From contig NC_043005.1 in the NCBI RefSeq assembly GCF_006345805.1, positions 59,520,001-59,584,000 on the forward strand: DNA of 64,000 nucleotides, given 5' to 3'. Every line of letters begins with the position of its first letter. Within the stretch, counting starts at the first letter, position 1. Below, in pieces: positions 1 through 11,170 of this stretch. Under the pieces are notes generated by a model. It searched no databases and had not been told where the DNA came from. It saw only the letters and a program-made list of their open reading frames with translations. Made by a program: the position numbers and the translations under genes. The stretch is from Octopus sinensis. Its lineage: Eukaryota.

Positions 1-206
1 CTATAATGCACATAGCTACAGGCGAAAGTTCCAACTGTACTCAACGCCGAAAGACGAGAGTTGTTTACGGTTATTGCAGCTGGCACCACGCATCTAGCTA
101 TTTGAATGTTACATTGTACGTTATAAGACTGGCTGATTTAAATATTTAGATGCCTTTGATATCTAACCGGTTGCAATAAAAATTACATATCAATCATATA
201 TCATCA

Positions 207-410
207 TCATTTAATGTCCGTTGTCCATGATGGCATGGATTGCACCGTTTGACCAGAGCTGGCAAGCTGAGGAGCTGCACGAAAATCCAGTCTGATTTGG
301 CATGGTTTCTAGGACCGGATGCCCTTCCTAACGCCAACCACTTTACAGAGTGTGCTGGTTGCTTTTACGTGGCACCGCACTGGCGCTTTTACGTCGCGCC
401 GCACAAGCAC
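207..410 (-). mobile_element. RTE-type LINE/SINE 3' tail fragment
   Basis: (CAT)n followed by TTTAATGTCCGTTGTCCATG and GGATGCCCTTCCTAACGCCAACC; reverse complement resembles the RTE 3' end at 47640-47702 in this window. Confidence 0.55.
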
Positions 411-1612
411 TTTTACGTGTGTCTCGACGCAGTCAAAGTTACAAATAATAACGTAAATGTTGAGGTAAAATCTTTTGGATACAAAAAGTAAAGGCTGCGC
501 GTGGGATACGAATCCACATCTTTTGTACACATCACAGGCTTTCTAATGATGGACGGGAGCACTTGTTGAGATGTCTGAGATTTTATTTCAGAAAATTTGG
601 AAACTCTATTTAGAAACTTATCCTTACCAATCAGAAATGTATGTTATTGATGTCATATGAATTTTAAAACATTGAGGTAATGTGGAATAATTATCTTTGG
701 AAAAGTGGATCTCGAAGCAGATAAAGCTATAAATATTAGCGTGTAAATATCACATCTGAATAGAAAATGCTGGGGCCGGTAATCTTTCAAATTTCGGTAT
801 CTATTTTAGAAAGATTATTCTTACCAGTGAGAATTGCGCGCAGTTGACTTAATATTTACACGCTATTACTTATATCTTTATATGCTTCGAGATCCACTCT
901 TCCAAATGAGAATCATTTCATGCTCTCTCGAAGTTAGTAAATTCTCATGATGCCAACAACATATAACTGCCACTGGTAAGAATATAGTTCTTAAACTGAA
1001 TGGAAAAAATTCGAAACCTTTCTCTGGTTTGGTAGTATAATCTTGTCCCACGAGTAGCCTTTGACCTTTTCTATCAGAAGGTTCATAACGCAATTTTTAT
1101 GCACTATTATTTATAGTTTTATGTGCTTCGAGACCCACTGTTCTGTAAAGAGTTATTTCACAGACCCTCGCTTATAAATTCAATATATGTATATTCGCGC
1201 ATGTGTTTGTGTGTATAAGTAAATTATTGTAGTCTCAGTTGTTGCAGGAGCATATATTTATATCTGTTTGTGTATGCATGCACGTTCGTCAGTTGAGTCG
1301 CTGGAAAATGTATAATTATGAAACTCTAATATGTACCGAAAACATAATATAAACACATGCGCACTTAGTTCCATCTTTATACCCCAAGAATTCAAATCGA
1401 ATGCCCTATCCGTGTATAAATTCTTATACACTATAAAAATATTTATGTTTTCTGACTTCTATTATGCATGCTGGTATAAATTATTTACTTAATATTTTTT
1501 ACTCCTTGTGTATATATATATATAAACATAGTAAATAGGGTTATAAAAATTAATTATTATTACCAGTGACCTAGCACAAAAGACGAATTAGTCATTAGAC
1601 TATATGTTATTC

Positions 1613-1775
1613 ATATATAAATACATTAAAAGGCTTCCAAATAAAGAAGTGACTGCTAGATACACAAAAAGTTGATAAACGTTTTTGATTTTCATTCCAT
1701 TTCATGAATTTATCCCCTTTTTGTGTATCTAGCACTCGCTTCTTTATTTAGAAGCCTTTTAATGTATATATATAT
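1613..1775. repeat. Imperfect hairpin (MITE-like), ~55-bp arms, TA-flanked
   Basis: ATACATTAAAAGGCTTCCAAATAAAGAAG...TAGATACACAAAAAG (1621-1671) pairs with CTTTTTGTGTATCTA...GAAGCCTTTTAATGTAT (1717-1767). Confidence 0.85.
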
Positions 1776-2810
1776 AACGGGAAGCTTTATGAAAATAGAC
1801 AAAAGACGAAGGCAGGTTTACGGAAATAAACAAAAGACGAAGGCAGGTGGAATACAAACAAACAATTGTATTAGTATGGCGCTCAGGAAATATAAATAAA
1901 ACAAGTCTTTAACGTTTCGAGCCTACGCTCTTCAAAAGAAAGATACACAGAGAAAAAACACAGAAAGAAGGAGAGAAAAAAAAATATGCGTGCAGAGGCT
2001 AGCGAATCAACATGGCGATCTGATTTCGGCCAGAAGTCAAAGATCAAACGTCAGACGCAAGAGCGAATTTAGGGGAGATAATAGGTTTGAATGACCTCGC
2101 TCCAACATAAGAGTGTGTGTGTGTGTATAAGAGAGTGTGTGTGTGTATGAGAGAGTATTAGTGCGTATGAGAGGTATGGACGTGTGTATGTATATATGAT
2201 GTGATGTGTAAAGTCGTATGGTGTAGTGTAGAGAGAGGAGATGAGAGAAGAGGGGGGAGGTAAGGGGGTGAGGGGGGAGAAGAGGGGAGAATGAAATGGG
2301 AGAAGAGGAGGGGGAAGGGGGATAAGGAAGGAGAGGAGAAGAGGAGGGGAGAGAAGGGGGAGAAGGAAGGAGAGGAGAAGAGGAGGGGAAAGAAGGGGAG
2401 GAGAAGAGGAGGGGAGGATAGAGGGAGAGGGGGAGAGAGAGAGAGAAGGGGAGTGAGGGAGCAGAGAGAAAGAGGGAAGAAGGGGAGAAGGAAGGGGAGG
2501 AGAAGAGGAGGGGAGGGGAGGATAGAGGGAGAGGGGGAGAGAGAGAGAGAAGGGGAGTGAGGGAGCAGAGAGAAAGAGGGAAGGGGAAGAGGGAAGAAGG
2601 AGAGAGGGAGAAAGAGGGAAGAAGGGAAGGGGAGTAGGGGTGAAAGGATGAAGGATTGAAGAGAAGTAGTGGTCGGGGGGAGGTTAGATGAGGAGGGGGG
2701 AGAGGGGGTTAGATGAGGAGGGGGGAGAGTTGAGACCAAATGACGTATAAGAGCGAAGAGAGAAGATTAATTCCTGTTCACGGCGCAAACGGGAATCCGG
2801 ATGGCCTCTG
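1776..2810 (-). mobile_element. Penelope-like terminal/UTR fragment with degenerate hammerhead-like motif and internal polypurine tract
   Basis: 1800-1980 is homologous to 8535-8700 (AAATAAACAAAAGACGAAGGCAGGTGG...ACGTTTCGAGCCTACGCTCTTC); both abut (TA)n. Confidence 0.55.
2220..2730. repeat. Polypurine (G/A) low-complexity tract with internal ~70-bp repeats
   Basis: Almost pure A/G on the + strand; the overlapping ORFs 2158..2739 and 2291..2560 are low-complexity artefacts. Confidence 0.9.
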
Positions 2811-2879
2811 TGTATATATATGTACGTACAAGCAAACATACATATATATACATACACACATACACACACATACGTATAT

Positions 2880-3213
2880 GCAACTAATTACATGGTTGAA
2901 TATACTATAATTTCTTTAATAGCGTACAAAATAAGTCACACTAAATGTTATTTCACCACCAATTGGTTGCAAAAGTGATAAAGAAAAAATGTGCTGAACA
3001 GTTACGAAAAAAAGAAAAAGACATCGTTGTTGTTCCTGGAAGGTCATTCTTCTACTCAGATGGTAGTACATTCTCACCCTATAATTAAGAATCGTTTCTA
3101 ACATAAGCATAAAAGCTGAAATCTTGGGGATGGTAAATGTTCCAACGATACCAGTACTCCATTTCACTGCACTCTGAAGTGTGAGAGGCAAAGTTTTATT
3201 TAGAATATCCTGT
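2880..3213 (-). mobile_element. Decayed Tc1/mariner-type transposase fragment
   Basis: Minus-strand peptide WSTGIVGTFTI...YYHLSRRMTFQEQ resembles the G(I/V)VGPFF...FQQD region of DDE transposases; TA|CAGG end at ~3211. Confidence 0.4.
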
Positions 3214-3420
3214 AATTAAGTTGTAATATTATTTTCAATCACCTGTATTCTATCTTTTCTATCTTTTCTCTTTTCCTCGTGCCTTTTGCATCCTTTTAGT
3301 AACAATGGTACGGTTCTAAACGGTCGATAAGTTATGATTTTGTATTAAATAAAGTTCCGTCAAAGTGACTGATTAAAATGTATTTTGTATTTACTTCTGT
3401 TTATCTCTCTTCTCTCTAAG

Positions 3421-3549
3421 AACCCATTACATTTCCTCAAAGACATCATCGGAAGAAACCAGACGAGATTCGAAGCAAGATGGCTATATCGAGATGTGTC
3501 TGCAAATAGAAAAAGAGACAACGTGTAGGATTCTCGTTGATATTTTAAG
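3421..3549 (+). CDS. Candidate internal host exon (129 nt, phase 2/2): THYISSKTSSEETRRDSKQDGYIEMCLQIEKETTCRILVDIL
   Basis: Long pyrimidine tract plus TAAG acceptor ending at 3420; AAG|GTAGGA donor; frame open; no homology recognised. Confidence 0.4.
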
Positions 3550-3931
3550 GTAGGATAATTTCCATCGACATTTTTGAAAGTCCATCATTGCAATGTCTTT
3601 TATTGAGAAGAAAAATAGTCATGGATTTAGGGTGGTATATTTGCATATTCACAAATATTACTTTGTGCGATATACAGTACTTGTGTTAATCTATTCGTAT
3701 AAGTATTTATTATAAAATTAAATATAAGCGCTTTGAGAAATAGCATTAATTAATAGTTCCAGCAAGTAGGAATTTATCATTATCAACATATATCGTTTCG
3801 TTACACACACACCTATGTGTGTGAGCGTATGTACATATTTCTCTCTGTAAATATTTATATATATACATCTACTTATCTACCTCTCTCTCTCTCTCTCTCC
3901 CTCTCCCGCTCTCTCTCCCTCTCTCTCTCTC

Positions 3932-3987
<56 letters not shown>

Positions 3988-3991
<4 letters not shown>

Positions 3992-4172
3992 TATAATTAA
4001 GGGCTAAAGAGGGTTATTCTAAAGCCAAATACACTGTTTTATCCACTTATAATCCGCTTGTTACAGGAAAATTGAAACTGAAATTTCAATTTCCTGTAAC
4101 AAGCGGATTATAAGTGGATAAAACAGTGTATTTGGCTTTAGAATAACCCTCTTTAGCCCTTAATTATATGAT
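3988..4172. repeat. Near-perfect 185-bp palindrome next to (TA)n
   Basis: ATAATTAAGGGCTAAAGAGGGTTATTCT...CAGGAAAATTGAAA / TTTCAATTTCCTG...AGAATAACCCTCTTTAGCCCTTAATTAT; ~6-nt loop. Confidence 0.95.
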
Positions 4173-4276
4173 GTATATTGCAACCGTAACGGTTTTTTAA
4201 AAATATACTGCCCACGCTTCCTGATGAATTCCTTTGCTGTAGAGTAAGGGACTTCATCCTATATTGCTTATATATA

Positions 4277-4329
<53 letters not shown>

Positions 4330-4331
<2 letters not shown>

Positions 4332-5690
4332 TATAATTTAGAGAAAGACCTCTATTAAACAATCCAATAATGAAAGATGTTATTCATAAAATTAGTTAAG
4401 TACAATAAATAGTAAATAGTAGTAAAAAGGCTACGCGCGTTTCGTGGGTATATTTTCAAATAGATAATCATAAATTCGATTCGATTTAAAATTAAATCGA
4501 TCTTAAATTCATTGTATTAAAAAAATATAGTCACTATTCAGCTCTGAAATAAAAAAAATAATAAAAAATAATAGAATAAATGTACATAACTTATACCGAT
4601 TATCAAATAAATATATAAAAATACGTGTATTAACTATAAGGGAACTAAAATCTAAAAATATTAAGTTCAATTTAAATTGGGAGATAGTTTGTATGGCAAA
4701 ATCATATTGAATAGGTAGTAATTATTGTTTATTATGTACTAACGAATTTAAGGCGATATTATTAACTAATAATAAAAAATTGATAGTTTTCTAGACAAAC
4801 GAAAAATTAAATGTAGTCATAAATTAAATTACTTATATAATCAGTTTAGCTAATTTGTGTATATATAAATCCTGTTTTATTTTACAAATTGTTGTAGTTA
4901 TAATTTGTAGTAGTAAAATGTGTATAATTTAGCACGAGATTATATAGTGTATATTACATAATTAGAATAAGATGAAAATTAGATGTTTATAAAATAAATA
5001 AATAAATTGATGAAAATAGATTAAATTATAGATATTAGCTTAATTTATGTTTACTATATTATGTATTTTACGTATTTAGTATTAAAATCATTTAGACTTT
5101 ACAATTTTTTCAGTAAATGGCATATTAAAGTTAATTTTTTTCTTATTCTCGCAGCTAAAATGTATTTGTAATTTTAATAGCTTAAATACATATTTTTATC
5201 TATTTCGTCTATAAATTCTATTTATGCCATATTTTCACGCGATATATTTTTTATAAACGCGAAATTCTACGTATTACGTTTAAATTTTTGGTTAACGAAA
5301 ATCCTTCGATATGATGAGTTATGTTTTTATTTTAAGAAATTTTGTGAAATGATTTTCGCTTATTTATAGTTAATACACGTCTTTTTATATTTTTATTTGA
5401 TAATCTGTATAAGTTAAGATAAGTACATTTATTCTATTATTTTCTTTATTATTTATCATATTAGACCTGAAGAGTGACTATATTTTTAAAATAGAATTAA
5501 TTTAAGATCAATTTAATTTTAAATCGAATTGATTTTATTATTATAATCTATTTGTAAATTTAGACAGGAAACGCGCGTAGTCTTTTTAAAAATATTTACT
5601 ATTTATTGCACTTTTAGAATAAGATGGTGTGAATAACATCTTTCATTATTGAATTGTTTAATAGATTTTTTCTTTAAATTATATATATAT
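4330..5690. mobile_element. Fold-back element with diverged ~310-bp inverted arms carrying decayed hammerhead motifs (Penelope-like derivative)
   Basis: 4335-4640 is the reverse complement, with many substitutions, of 5358-5685; both ends lie in (TA)n. Confidence 0.7.
5463..5583 (+). ncRNA. Hammerhead ribozyme-like motif (type I, extended stem II, decayed)
   Basis: AGAC-CTGAAGA-[~94 nt]-GAAA-C-GCGC-G-TA-GTCT; stem I AGAC/GTCT intact, base of stem II imperfect in this copy. Confidence 0.5.
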
Positions 5691-5784
5691 ATATCATATA
5701 TTGTGAAATTTGATTTGAAATTGTTAAATTGAAATTTTCCCTGAAAGTTTTGGAATTATATTCCCTACTATTATATATACATGT

Positions 5785-6830
5785 AGCAGCCCCATGTTCT
5801 AGTATTAGTGTAACTCACGATACCAAAGTTTGAAAGAAGTCCCTCCAGGATTTTCCAGATGTATATTATGGCACATTTTTCTCGTCTACGCTCTCAGGAA
5901 TAGAGTCTTAATCTCTTGGGTCTTTCTCAGTAGCTTATATGCTGAATATAAGCTACTGAATATAAGCGTCTTCGTGTAGCTTCATTGGATTGCCTCAAAT
6001 TCTGCAATTAATTTCACACTGGTTGGTGAACATAGCTGGGAGCAATAGTCAAAGTTGCTTAAGACAAGTGTCCTCCAGAGGACCATCATGGTTTCCCGAT
6101 CTCTTGTTCTAAAAGTGTTAAGAATCCATCCGGTCAGCCGCATCCATTTCATTGCCAAATTAGCAACATGCACATGGAAGGATGCATCATTACTCATGTA
6201 GATGCCCAGGTCTCGCACTGACTGTGTCTGGGATTACAATCCCTCCAGGTTCAGTGTTTCAATTGGTATTGCATTTAGTTTTGCATGCTGATAGTACAAG
6301 GCTTGAATCTTTTCAGCATTAAACTGCATGCTATTCTTTTCAGCTACTTGTATATTTCATCCAACTCACATTGCAGGTGCATAGTGCCTTCAGGTTTCTG
6401 TATCACCCGTGAGACTTTTGTGTCATGTGAATAACTTGTGGTCATGGCTCTCTGTGTTGCTAAGAGAATATCTGAGAAGGCCATTATGAACAGTCCTGGT
6501 CCCGAACACTATTTGCGTGTTATTGGAGGTGGCCCCACTGGCTACTGCCACCTGACTTCCATCATTCACAAAGTCATGCAGCCATTCTCCCAGTTTCCCG
6601 AGCTCACGCAGTTTGTGACATATCAATCCATGATCGATTTTATCGAAGGCCTTTGCAAAGTTGAGATATATATCACTTCAACATTTGAGTAGTTGAGCAG
6701 CTGTTTCAACACCAAGTCATAATGTTGTAAGAGCTGAGTTAGGCCTCTACTTCCTGGTCGGAAACCTTGTTGGGTGTCAGTCAATTATTTTCCTAAAGGA
6801 AGGGGATAAGTTTTCATCTGACTATGTGAT
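5785..6830 (-). mobile_element. CR1/L2-like LINE reverse-transcriptase remnant
   Basis: RDLGIYMSNDASFHVHV...WILNTFRTRDRETMMVLWRTLVLSNFDYCSQLCSP; upstream LGKLGEWLHDF...QVAVASG; frameshifted. Confidence 0.75.
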
Positions 6831-6984
6831 ATATTTTATATCACATAGTCAGATGAAAACACACATACACACACGTCTTTGTTAGTAAATACGCACTGAA
6901 GCTATACAATAGCGTCGTATATGTATGGATTGCTATCTTCCAGTAAATATTGGTGCCTTCTTGTACCACTTATCTATTTTTATA

Positions 6985-7149
6985 TGTATAATTCTTGACA
7001 ATCGATGCTGGTGTGTTTATGTCCCCGTAACTTAATGGTTTGGCAAAAGAGACCGATAGAATAAATACTAGGCGTACACGGAATATGTCCTAGGGTCAAT
7101 GTGTTCGACTAAAGTGGGTGCTCCAGCATGGCCGCAGTCAAACGACTGA

Positions 7150-7150
<1 letters not shown>
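6985..7150 (+). mobile_element. SINE 3' half (same family as 13451-13888)
   Basis: CGATGCTGGTGTGTTTA...GGCAAAAGAGACCGATAGAATAA...GGTGCTCCAGCATGGCCGCAGTC. Confidence 0.8.
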
Positions 7151-7216
<66 letters not shown>

Positions 7217-8237
7217 TACCTATATACATACACAAAAGCCTCAGAATGCGGTCGTAAAAGCTCTTGTACTTCTCATTGTTGACTACCACCTGTCAATCTC
7301 ATCTGCCAGTGTCATCCGACGGACGGTTATACAGGTGGAACTCCTTTCAGCTTAAGATAAATATTATAATGACGATTGATAACATACGGATGAAAATTCA
7401 AATGCTTTATTAATGCATCGCAACATACACTTCTGCATCCCACAGGCTGATTTGCTAGGATTTTTAAATGTTTATAAGTTATTATTTAAAATCATTCTTA
7501 ATATCTATGAATATGAAGTTTTTGATCTACATTAGAATGTAGATACTTCTTTAGGTGCTGCATTCCTGTTTCTGACGTTCTTCCTCACTGATCTAGAGAT
7601 ATTTACCATTTCACACCAATGAAAACGACGTTCCAATAGAATTTTGGGCGTTACTTGTGATTCGTCACAGTTAATCAAAGATTAAGCAGAATTGAAAGGA
7701 AAAAAATTATCAAAGTTGATCAAAAAGGTCAAACCTCCTCATCAGCTTGTGGGTATTGCTTATGATAGAACAAACATGGAAAAAATATAAAACATAGGGT
7801 CACTTTAACATTATCAATTTAGAATAATATAAAAGGATGATAGAAAGATAAAATTCACATTAAGTGTATTGTATCGTTTATGTGTTCTTTAGAGGATAGT
7901 GCTTTTTCGATTAAATTTTAAGATAATGAAGATCTATTGGCTATTTCCGAGTCCTACAGAGTCATATCACTAATTTCATTTATATAATCTTACAACGTTA
8001 ACACATTTCTCGAACATATTTTTTAAATGTTTTTATTCCCATTATAAATTTTGCATGTATACATCACTTAGTGTCAGTTGGATTTCTACCTACCAATTTC
8101 TTAAAGGCATGTGCTGTGTACTCAGCTTTTGTACCTTCCACATTTACCTATAGCTTTCAGGTTTCGCTATACTTTCTAATACACTTCTATTATTTCTAGC
8201 TGGGCTTGCTCTCTAATTTGAAATTATATCTATCTAT

Positions 8238-8244
8238 TTGTCTG

Positions 8245-8314
<70 letters not shown>

Positions 8315-8355
8315 ATCTATCTATCTATCTATCTATATATCTATCTATCTATCTA
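8238..8355. repeat. (TATC)n microsatellite followed by (TA)n to ~8530
   Basis: Direct reading. Confidence 0.95.
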
Positions 8356-8381
8356 TCAGTCTGTCCCTCCCCCTCTCTCCC

Positions 8382-8448
<67 letters not shown>

Positions 8449-8474
8449 ATATATATATATTATATATATATATC

Positions 8475-8506
<32 letters not shown>

Positions 8507-8530
8507 ATATATAATATATATATATATATA

Positions 8531-8720
8531 AAGGGAAAGTTTACGAAAATAAACAAAAGACGAAGGCAGGTGGTGTACAAACAAACAGATGTGTTAGTAT
8601 AGCGCTCAGGAATAGAAAAAATCTTTTACGTTTCGAGCCTACGCTCTTCCACAGAAAGATACACAGAAAAAAAACAAGGAGAGAAAAAAATGTGTGTAGT
8701 AGCTAACGATCTATCATGAT
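8531..8720 (-). mobile_element. Penelope-like terminal fragment (second copy of the 1800-1980 family)
   Basis: Homology to 1800-1980; abuts (TA)n; contains the hammerhead-like motif at 8621-8660. Confidence 0.55.
8621..8660 (-). ncRNA. Minimal hammerhead variant with non-canonical core
   Basis: Minus strand: AUCUUU-CUGUGGA-A-GAGC-GUAG-GCUC-GAAA-C-GUA-AAAGAU; 6-bp stem I, 4-bp stem II, palindromic ACGU stem III. Confidence 0.5.
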
Positions 8721-8997
8721 CGAGTTCGTTATATCCTCTGTGAATCCATTTTATGTACACACACTGATCAGTATTAGTGATATATCTGTTACTTTAATTA
8801 CGATTCTAAATCAACTAGACTAATTGTAATATCTAACTGGTAATTATATTTTATTCAGAACACATTACCCGATTAATTGGGCTATTATTTTTATCCGTAA
8901 TTTTTTCTCTCATTCTCTGTTTCTAAGGATGATAAATGACAGTGAAATAATATATTAAATTACATTAATTAAATAGGTTACAATAGTCTGACATGAG

Positions 8998-9470
8998 TTA
9001 AGGAAAGGAGGGTGGGCAACCTCGATGGTCCGAACGCTTTGAACACTGTATATTGCTGTGACCCTGCCTTTTGGAAACGGGACCGAAACTGGCCGACGCG
9101 AGGACAGACTTCAATAAATGGTGATCGCCCCTTTCAAAATCTTTTAATGCCTGGTTCTTATCAACCCTCTCTATGATGTAAGGCGTATGGTGGAGGTGTT
9201 GTCGTGTATAAATCTGTTTGGGATACCGCATGCTTGCGCGTTCCCGATCAGTTTATCTACGACAAGCGCCAACCACGTTGCCAAAACCTTAACCGAAACA
9301 TTGTAGTCTGCGTTTAGGAGAGTTACGGGTCGAAATATTATATATTTCGTCCTCCTTGTTCGGGTCATTTCATAGCAGTACAGCCGCACCACAGTTCACA
9401 ACATTCACAAATCTCCCGTTCAGCGTCGAAATGTGATAAACATCCGCCAAGAGATCGCAGAATAAGTCTG
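8998..9470 (-). mobile_element. Decayed Tx1/L1-clade RT fragment related to the 33005-35930 element
   Basis: RPVTLLNADYNVSVKVLATWLALVVDKLIGNAQACGIPNRFIHDN and YIIERV...KDFERGDHHLLKSVLASASFGPV align by eye with RPITLLNADLKILAKVLAKRLALVIEKLV...KAFDRVDHRYLEAVLRAAGFGPV. Confidence 0.8.
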
Positions 9471-9885
9471 CCACATGGAAAAAGAGACCAAGAGCATTAT
9501 ACTGGCAGCGCAAGACCCAGCTTTGTAAACGAATTGGAGGGTCAGCCTCTAAAATAGAGAGGACAAAACTATTGCCCATATTACGAACGAATGCCCTAGA
9601 CTTGTAAAATAATGGAGGTAAAGATAGTCCCAATAATTGCTGTGTCCAAGCTTAGGTCACGAACTGGAGATTCAACTTTCAGAATGAGCAAGTGTCTCCG
9701 CTGGAATAGAGTGCCCAATAGAACTGTAACAAATGGTTTGCCTCCTTGGCACGGCCAGAATAATCAGGAAAGTATTAGATAGCTGAAGAGAGCGAATAGC
9801 ATGGTGCCGTAGGCTGCAAGTAGTAAGCACGCTACATAGGCAAGACTCCAGGAACTCCAACAAAACCTCTGATAAGGACATAATG
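9471..9885 (+). mobile_element. Internally deleted R4/Dong-clade 3' remnant
   Basis: KETKSIILAAQD, KTIAHITNECPRL, LGTARIIRKVLD; 3' UTR shared with 14040-14100; followed by (AAT)n. Confidence 0.7.
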
Positions 9886-9888
9886 ATG

Positions 9889-9950
<62 letters not shown>

Positions 9951-9951
<1 letters not shown>

Positions 9952-10620
9952 CCCTGATGCAGTACCAGGCAGTGGCTCTCATGGCTTCTGATCTTAACTG
10001 ATTGGAAGTATTATCATGTACATTGTTTTGTCTTGGTATAAAAGATGGGCTACAGCAAATATTCTGCTCTGATGCAGTACCAGGCAGTGGCTCTCATGGC
10101 TTCTGATCTTAACTGATTGGAAGTGTTATCATGTACATTGTTTTGTCTTGGTATAAAAGATGGGCTACAGCAAATATTCTGCTCAATACCACAGATTTGC
10201 TTGTCAGTTGTTTGACCTTAACCAGTTGAGCATGTCCCTTAGTGGCTGATGATATGTGCATCTCTGATCACGAGCAGAAGTAGTGGGGGAGCATCATAGC
10301 CATGTGTTGAGAGGGATTCTTTGGGGTTTGAATAATTCACCTCTGGAAACATGGGTGGTTCTTTCAACATCCTTAAACAACCCTTATTCAGGAAACCTTT
10401 TGAGCGGGATGGGCTACTCGACCTGAAGAAAATTCTAACTGGGCCCCACCTGCAAGGTCATGTGCTGTTTATCTTGATATGAGATCACCATGTCGCGCAC
10501 ATATGGTTGTGATGCATGTACCTGGTGTACCCTTATCAGACGGGTAGTCATGATGGGTATATTGGGCTTCGTATATTCTACCCCAGTGTCACTTTGATGG
10601 CATGCACTGCTCTCTCACTC
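9951..10620 (+). mobile_element. Non-coding retroposon 3' segment flanked by (AAT)n, with a 115-bp internal tandem duplication
   Basis: Ends ...GCACTGCTCTCTCACTC|AATAATAAT; the same end occurs in reverse at 26245 and 27684; 9954-10068 is repeated at 10069-10183. Confidence 0.7.
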
Positions 10621-10637
10621 AATAATAATAATAATGA

Positions 10638-10681
<44 letters not shown>

Positions 10682-10957
10682 ATAATAATAATAATAATAA
10701 TGGAAATTAAAAAGTAAAAAGGAAAAGAGAAAACAGTACTGCACCAGAAGTTAATGTACCTAATGAGGACAGATGAATAAATGATGTCAAGGTGTAAATG
10801 CATTATCAGCAAATAAAGCAGAAGTAACGAGCTATATTGCAGGGATACGATCAGCAAGATATAACAAGGATGATGTGCAATATATTAGAGAAGACCAGGA
10901 TCAACCCCACACCACAATCTGAAGTAAGTTGACGGGCACAAGTTAAAAGTAGAAGCC

Positions 10958-11170
10958 GAAAGGCGGTGAGCTGGCAGAAACGAAGGCACACCGGGCGAAA
11001 TGCTTAACGCTATTTCGTCTGTCTTTACGTTCTGAGTTCAAATACCGCCGAGGTCGAATTTGCCTTTCATCCTTTCGGGGTCCATAAATTTAATACCAGT
11101 TGCGTACTCGAATGGATCTAATCGACTGGCTCCTACCGCCAAATTTCGGGCCTTGTGCCTAGAATACGAA
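10958..11170 (+). mobile_element. tRNA-derived SINE (family 2)
   Basis: AAGGCGGTGAGCTGGCAGAA...GAGTTCAAATACCGCCGAGGTCGA (A- and B-box-like), tail GGGCCTTGTGCCTAGAA. Confidence 0.7.

Noticed and set aside
2158-2739. 193-aa Pro/Ser/Leu-rich ORF and 89-aa Gly/Arg/Glu-rich ORF
   Set aside because: Both are translations of the polypurine tract
4221-4258. CTGATGA followed by a hairpin as a hammerhead
   Set aside because: No GAAA or stem III follows; it is only a GATGAA/TTCATC hairpin
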